From positions 18,414,001-18,478,000 of the forward strand of contig OZ024745.1 of assembly GCA_964016885.1 (NCBI GenBank): a DNA stretch of 64,000 nucleotides. The letters are read 5' to 3'. Of this stretch, positions 56,358 through 64,000 are shown in pieces. The translations under genes and the position numbers were made by a program. The DNA is from Eledone cirrhosa (taxonomy: Eukaryota). Position 1 is the first letter of the stretch; each line of letters opens with the position of its first letter. The notes beneath the pieces are model-generated. The model had not been told where the DNA came from. It saw only the letters and a list, made by a program, of their open reading frames with translations, and ran no database searches.

Positions 56358-56994
56358 AAATATATTACGAAAAGAGATATATATATTTGGACTATTGAAG
56401 TGAACAGACGTGTTTATATTGCTCTCTACCAAGTCAGTAGCCAGCTACCCAGCTTTAAAGCCTATTTGACCGAACATATATTTATGTATATATACTTGTA
56501 ACCACGTGCTTTCCTACCAACTCGTAAGTAAGTACGTTTTCATAACTACAGATTATTATATACACTCGTTTTTCTCTTAATATCTTCAAACAACCAAATA
56601 ACCAAAAGCTTTTAACAACCTTAAACAACCAAATAACCAAATCTCACATCCATAAAAGAGAATACACATCTATATAAATATATACGCTACCTTAATATCT
56701 TCAAATAACCAAAGTCTCACTCACATAAGGAAAAAAAGTATATACAAATACACGTGCTTTCCCTACAAACTCGCAGGTAAGTCTTCTTATCTACAAACTA
56801 TTATATATACTCGTTTTTCCTTGGATATCTTCAAAACAACCAAATAACCAAAAACTATTAACATCCTCAAACAACCAAATTCACATCCATAAGAGAGAAT
56901 CACCACCCCACTCTCAAGAGCGTGAAACTAATAAACCTTTGTTCGTACTGCCTCTCTGTTTTGTTCCCGTTCAATTTTTTACTATATATATATA

Positions 56995-57605
56995 TATATG
57001 TGAAAAATATGGGGGGAAGAATACTGCATGGTTGCACATGGATAACATGTTATAAAATGAGTCCCTCAGCAGTGATTTGCCAACGATCATTGGTATTTCA
57101 TCGCATTAAAAATCATATACTTCACGTTGGTGCGAAAATAACTAAAATAAGTTATTAGGACAATTGAAACGCGTAAAGCGAGTGAGACAAGTAAACAACA
57201 CAGGGGAAAGCTAACCGAAGATGGAAAGAAACACTAGCAACATGGTTATTCTATCAGCATAAGCTGTGTGAATATATGTGCGAGTTAGAAACAGACCTTC
57301 CGCTAGTGAATCCGATGTTAGAAAGAAGGAAAATCCCTTTCGTAGCGAACGGGAGGAAGTAAGAAGGAGAGAAACAGAGAGTGAGTGAGTGGAAGTGCGA
57401 GGAAGAGGTCAGTAGAGAGAAAGTGTTAACTGACATGACAGAGGGGACGAAAGAAAGTAAGAGAAACAGAGAGAACGAGGGAGCAGTAAGAGAGAAAGAG
57501 AGAAACACAGAATCGCAGTTTAGGTAAATATATGAAAAATATGGGGAGAAGAATACTGCATGGTTGCACATGGATAACATGTTATAAAATGAGTCCCACA
57601 TCAGT
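56995..57605. repeat. About 70-bp direct repeats about 530 bp apart (pLTR-like)
   Basis: gaaaaatatgggg...gaatactgcatggttgcacatggataacatgttataaaatgagtccc at about 57002 and 57534. Confidence 0.75.
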
Positions 57606-57699
57606 ACGAATCTTTAATTTCTTCAAATAACCAAAGTTTCTCTCACGTATGAAATAAGAAATATCTTAAAACGCACACAAGGATAATAATAAAAATTTT

Positions 57700-60600
57700 T
57701 TAAAATGACTACTGACCAGCAAGCCCACAACGGAGGAAATTGATCTGAAAATGAAATTGACCTCTTAATGTCACATACATCAAACATTAACGCGTAATGT
57801 CTGAATGAAATTGCTGAAAAAACAGCACAAACATTTACGACGAGTTCTGCTAATCAGATACACAATAAACTAAAACACGTCGAAGTCTCTTTCAAACTAA
57901 TTCAAAACCATTTTGAAAAATTTCGACATATTTACTCTAATGGACAAACATAACAACAACAACAACAACAACAGCAGCCACAACAACAACAACAGCCAGA
58001 AAGCCAGGAGCTACCACTGCTGAATTCAAGCATAATCGCTGAACTACTAGATGACAGTACCACTCAGCCACTCACTCAGCCATCATTATCGCCATCACCA
58101 TCACCATCGTCACCATCTCCTGCCCCACCTACACCAACTGCTAGTAATGGACCACTGCTCTCTCTCCCACCACAGTTGTCATCATCATCATCACCACCAA
58201 TGCTTTCTTCCCCCACATCACCACCACAACCATGCCATAGTCAAAAGAACTATAAAAAAAAAGTTCTATGGAGCTGTATACACCTCCCAGTACACATACT
58301 AGAAACCCCCAAATATGCCGTTACTCACTATGTCAGAGGGTATGCACACGTAGCGCTGTATATTAACCCATTTACCGGGTACTAGGCGCATTAACACTGC
58401 CAGCCATCACCAAAGCACGCTGCCTGCACGTATAGGTCGCAGTCCCAAAATCTGCCAACATTCCCACGTGAGAGGCTATGTCCGCTGACTGACTGCCCCT
58501 TCACTCATCTTCCTGTGACACAACGCACGAACAGAAAATGGGCTTCATGCCAACCCACAAACCACAATAAAGTCAGCCCCTGCTGCGGTAATGCTGCTCC
58601 AGTCTCCTCACAAAGACATGATCACAACAACAAAAACAACAAAAGTAATGCTGCTCCAGTCATGTCACAAAGACACGATCACAACAACAACAAATACATC
58701 AACAAAAATAACGCTGCTCCAGTCTTTTCACAAAGACACAATTACAACTAATACAACAACAACAATAAAAGAGGGAACTGCAACCCTATCCAATGTTGTA
58801 ACCACAAATCCAATCAAAAACTGCTCCCTGAATAAAAAGAAATCTTTTTTTTAAGCCATGAACCTGGCAAAAGAGAAAGAGAAAAACATTTTAGCCATCA
58901 CCCAACTCCATCCTTGCTGTCACTAACACAGAATTACAAAACAAGCCCCCTGCAACAGTCAAAACCAGCCACCACACTAGCACCCACATTCTTACTCAAT
59001 ACACAAGGTATCAGCCCATCCATCAATGCAAAGAAATGGAAGATCCAATTCATTGAGGATTGGGTTGGTAACCATCCATTTCATATCCCCTTCTTCATTC
59101 TTACTGAGACCCACCTTGACAACTCCCACTTGGAGGCCGAAGTAAGAGTGAGAAATTTTACAACCATCCGTGCGGATCGTGTTGGCAGAAGGAAGGGTGG
59201 AACTGCCATTTTCCTGCATGATTCCTTTACGGCAGATGGCAACACAACATTCTCTAATGGAAACTGTGAATCAGTCACTGTGCACAATAAAGCCAATGAT
59301 TAGTTGGGCTCTATAGGCCGCCACAAACACCCATAATCTGTTCCAAATAATGCCCAAACAGTATTAAATACTTTATTAAATAGTGCCATTCTAGCAACAA
59401 ACATTTGATGGGAGACTTTAATATACCCTGTGTCGATTGGTCTATATATAGTTTGAAACCAGACTCCACATCCTCAACCACTGACAAAGAGGTTGTCGAG
59501 TCACTTCTTGACTTCATGAATGAGTTCTTTTGTCCCAACTTATATTTGTACCAACGAGGCACCAGAAGAACATTCTGGATCTAGTGTTTAGTAACCACAC
59601 TAACACTATACATAATATTACAGTGTAAAAAACCCTTCTCTCAGACCATGACATGTTCTTTGTAACCTGAGATTCCACCAGCCGAAAGCTAATCCCAGGG
59701 TCCTCTGTCCAGCCCACCCATTTGATAACATGGATCTCTATAATGCCAACTGGGATGCAATTATGAACGAACTATCGCCTGTCGACTGATCTTTTACACA
59801 CGCTCACACTTCTACTAACATCAAAACATCTTGGCAGATCTTTGTAGACACTGTCACAAATATATGTACAAAACACACACCACCAAAACCTGTGAACAAA
59901 ACCAACTGCAGTATCCCCCAAAACAGAAAAACAATTATCAGAAAATAAAAAGAACAAACAAAAAAGGTAACACACTAAAATACTGCCAACAGCAGCACAC
60001 ACATTCAATGGCTATCACTCTGCTTGAGTCAAAAAATATAACCTCCAGTAATGCATGATGCCATCATCAATAACCAGAGAATAGCTGAAGAGAGGTGGGC
60101 CATTGAGAAAATCAAACTCAACCCCAAAGTGTTCTTCTCATTCGCTAAAAAACACAAGGTCACCGTCTCCAGTAATATCAAGCCCTGCCAAAGTCAGCAG
60201 TGGCGTCCCACTAGACACTGTGTTGGGCCCACTTCTTTTCATCATCTACATTAATGACATTACTGACACATCAAACACAGTAACATCAGAATCTTCGCAG
60301 ATGATTCCGAGCTCCAACGGGTCATCAATGATATCCAATGGGCAGAGATGAATAATATGCTGTTAAATGAGGATAAATTTGAACTAATCCACTTTGGAAA
60401 AAAGGATGCCCTGAAATTACCATACTCTCTTCCTTCGGGTGAAACTCTAGTGGCTTCCAATAACATCAGAGATCTGGGAGTAATTGTGGACACAAATATA
60501 GGCTGGGCCACTCATATAAACAGCAAAGTTGATATGGCCCGCAGAATGTGTTCCTGGATTCTCAGAACTTTCCAGTCGAGAGATATCCACACTGTTGTCC

Positions 60601-61216
60601 TTCTCTTTTCCACTTTTTCCTGACCCCACCTTGAATACTGTTTTCCACTGTGGTCACCCCACACGAAACAAAGTATCATGAAAGTTGAAGCACCCCAAAG
60701 GTCAATTACAAAAACGATAGTTGGCATGACAGGCCTTGGCTATTGGGGTCGATTAGAAAAGCTCAAACTTTATTCTCTTCAATGGCACCATGAGCGCTAC
60801 ATTATCTGTATGATGTGGAAAATATTCCATCAGCTTAGCCCAAATGATGTTGGCATCACCTTTAGTGTACACCAAAGGCTTGGGCCCCGTGCTATCCGCC
60901 CACAACAAAATCCCACTCGCATCACATAACAACAATACGGCACAATTATTTCACCTCAATTGGCCCTGCACTCTTTAACATTACACCAAAACACATTAAA
61001 GCAAAGACAGACCCCATCAAGTTCAAGAAGTTTTTGGATAAATTCCTTCAAGAAATCCCTGATAAGCCTCCTACACCCGGATATGCCTCCGTAAACAATA
61101 ACTCTCTGCTCGAGTGGGTCATGGTGCACAAACACTGATTTGTAAGACTTCGCCAGGTGGTGCTATTAAGTTAGACATGGCCTGGGCCAATACTGGCCGA
61201 AACCTATCAAAGTTAT
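57700..61216 (+). mobile_element. Decayed CR1-type LINE, second copy
   Basis: APE ORF 58914-59303 nearly matches 22443-23123; SSGVPLDTVLGPLLF, FADD, PHLEYC; same 3' end ggccaatactggccgaaacctatcaaagtt; RT N-half deleted near 60175. Confidence 0.9.
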
Positions 61217-61230
61217 GTATATATATATAT

Positions 61231-61543
61231 ATATTGTTATTCTTTGGGAGGGTCATGTTGCCAATAAGAAACACACGCACCAATGATTCACTCCAATTTA
61301 TTATAAATTTAAAAATATTTTCAAAAAAAATTTAAAAAATTCCGGTTGGTTGGTTCCACTGTGACCTCTTCAGTAACTGGGGATTCTTTTCTTTGTTTTG
61401 CGCCTCTCCTTTGTTCTGTCCTACGCCATCTTGTTTTTGTGTGTGTTTTGAAAAGATTTTTTAATTCATAATAAATTGGAGTGAAAGCACATGGTGCGTG
61501 TGTTTCTTATTGGCAACATGACCCTCCCAAAGTATAACAATAT
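61231..61543. repeat. Inverted repeat, about 80-bp arms (pLTR-like family, also at 28420-28560)
   Basis: atattgttattctttgggagggtcatgttgccaataagaaacacacgcacca mirrored at 61463-61543. Confidence 0.8.
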
Positions 61544-61595
61544 CGGTTTCAACACACGTTTTCAGATAAAGAATCTTGCTAAACAAATTCAGAAA

Positions 61596-61683
<88 letters not shown>

Positions 61684-61865
61684 TTTCTCTCGCGAGTCAG
61701 TCCTTCCGTTGCTACGGACCCCGCGGCTGAATTACCGGTCGCTATCTTCAATTTGCAAAGCCCTTTAAACTGTACGTTATTACTCTCGAGTCCTTGCCTG
61801 CACTTCTGAATGCATTCGTCGGCTTATCTGCGGCTCGAGCTTCGAATATGCTGTACTACCATTTG

Positions 61866-61905
<40 letters not shown>

Positions 61906-62006
61906 TATATACATATATATATATATATATTACGAAAAGCGAAAAAAGGCACTCAAGAAAAGCATACGTATAAAACTGTAAAGGAATTTTAGAGACCAAG
62001 TAACCT

Positions 62007-62087
<81 letters not shown>

Positions 62088-62117
62088 GTATGTATATATA
62101 TATATATATATATATAT

Positions 62118-62375
62118 ACTGGTAAGATGTCTCCCAGTACAACCTGTCTCATGGTCGGGTCGTTGGCGACTAAACTGGCAACCCCACCAAGGATTCTTGC
62201 TGAGGAGAGTGACTTTGGTCATCCTGCCGGACTAAAAACAAAACCTGTCAAAGGGCAAAGGAGCTCTTAAGAGTCAATGGCCATCCAAAATCAACGGGAG
62301 AGATAACCCCTTAGCCTTTGTCAAGGCACAATTCTAGGAGAAGGAAAAGTCTGATATAACTCCTGCAACTCTGAT
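62118..62375 (+). mobile_element. Possible RTE-type 5' UTR fragment
   Basis: aaactggcaacccc and aggagaaggaaaagtctga resemble RTE 5' UTR motifs; no ORF follows. Confidence 0.3.
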
Positions 62376-62800
62376 GGTATCCAATGATGTTGACTTGTTC
62401 TTCTTTTTGGTAAATATCATCTTGGTTAAGAGAGTGGGACTGGCTTTGTGCAGTGCCTTTGCTCACTATAAAAGCTTCACGGCACAGGAATTGCTTTATA
62501 TATGGAGATCTCTCTGCACTTGTCGTCATATGGTACCATTGTCCCAGCACTATGTGTCAGTAATTGTCACAATTTTAGTCTTTGTACCAGAGTTTTCAAG
62601 TCGTTGGCTGGACTAAAAAGTCACACTCATTCAGCGCATCGGTAGGGGTTCTCCTACATGGATATAAAGTAGTGGCCGTATTTGAAAACGAGTTGGCAGC
62701 CACCATATATATATATATATACACATACATTTATATATACATATATAAATATATATATATATATATACATACATTTATATATATATATATATATACATAC

Positions 62801-62838
<38 letters not shown>

Positions 62839-62975
62839 GAACGCGTAGGGTCCTACTCGTTCCTATTACCCACTCTACTACCCTAAGTATTGAGTACTTT
62901 GGTGCGTTATGGTCCACCTGGTTCCTTACCACATTTCCTTCGTTATATATTCATATATATATATATATACATACA

Positions 62976-63025
<50 letters not shown>

Positions 63026-63227
63026 TATATACATATTTATACATGCATACGGTGGGCCCTGGTGATTCCATCTACTAAACTATTAAATTCCTCACAGATT
63101 ATAGTAGAAGAAATGTGTCCAAGGTGTCGCGTAGTGGAACTGAATGCAGAACAAGAAGTTTTGTGACAATCAACTGAACCACACAAACATGTAAGTACTT
63201 CTATTTTGGTATACCATTATTATCTTT

Positions 63228-63400
63228 GGCAGTATCAGTAGAGGGTTGGACGCCATGCTTTCTAGCATAGTTACGTCCCTTTACAGTCTGAGTTCAAATC
63301 CCGCCGAGGTTAACTTTGCCTTTCATCCTTACGTGGGTCGATAAAATAAAGTACCAGTAATGTACTGGGTAATTGCTGGCCTTGTGCCTAAATAGAAACA
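63228..63400 (+). mobile_element. tRNA-derived SINE (main family)
   Basis: Family sequence; TSD attatta(t/g)cttt at 63216-63227 and 63401-63412. Confidence 0.92.
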
Positions 63401-64000
63401 ATTATTAGCTTTTACTGTGCCATCATCTAAGTAGCTTAGGTCTAAAATAAAGCGTCTAACAAACTGAGAAATTAGTTAATTTGTCACTGGGGACAGTATA
63501 TCAATTTTTATAGTCTTATTTGCAGTGAACCAGTGTCTGGTGGTTGTTTTCTCCATGGCCTTTGGTTGAATGACAAATCCTCTCGTGTCGCGAAACATTT
63601 CTGAATAATATCGCATGCTGGCTTCATAGCTTTCCACATTGTTTGTTCATTTCAGGTATAGAACGGTGTTTCTGTTATACCTACCTCAACGGTCATGTCA
63701 AATATATATAATAAAGAGTAAATTAATTGAAATAGACGGATTTATCAAACTCGATTTATATCTAACTTTAGCAATCACGCAACTTAACATCAAAGTTGAG
63801 AAGATTTCTCAACATTCTTACTAACACGCAATATAACGAAGATCGTTAGATTTGAGTAAACAAGAGCTTCGCGATAAATCACCAATACGATTAACTGTTA
63901 TCGATACTTAAATGTAATGGACTACACTACTAGAATGTTGTGTTAGAAGTGGTAGATTACGTATTCAAATGACCTACGATCTCGATCTTATAAAAAGGAG

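Noticed and set aside
61178-61216. ggccaatactggcc-GAAAC at the CR1 3' end resembling a hammerhead half
   Set aside because: No CUGANGA box or stem I upstream in either copy; more likely the LINE 3' recognition hairpin.

Overview
AT-rich, microsatellite-saturated eukaryotic (animal) genomic DNA made almost entirely of mobile elements. The SINE family, (TA)n density and element mix suggest a cephalopod such as Octopus (inference only). No intact host gene is supported, and most ORFs in the track are translations of (TA)n/(CA)n/(GA)n repeats. Recognisable parts: a near full-length, frameshifted Tx1/L1-clade LINE inserted in (TTA)n (38265-44143); two decayed CR1-type LINE copies; RTE and CRE 3' fragments; a hATm transposase remnant; several Penelope-like element (PLE) RT/GIY-YIG remnants with a CxCx5C linker; and about 11 copies of one tRNA-SINE with TSDs. 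The main hidden signal is RNA-level. At least 8 type I hammerhead ribozymes (HHR) with recognisable core and stems, plus degenerate ones, sit in short repeats inserted as tandem and/or inverted copies, mostly into (TA)n. The best case (46132-46860) is a young insertion of a 316-nt circularly permuted unit. It carries a U3-A8 hammerhead variant, was copied more than one unit in each orientation and is flanked by a 12-bp TSD, as expected for a retrozyme-like circular RNA that was reverse-transcribed and integrated. All folds and alignments were read by eye; coordinates of decayed elements are approximate.
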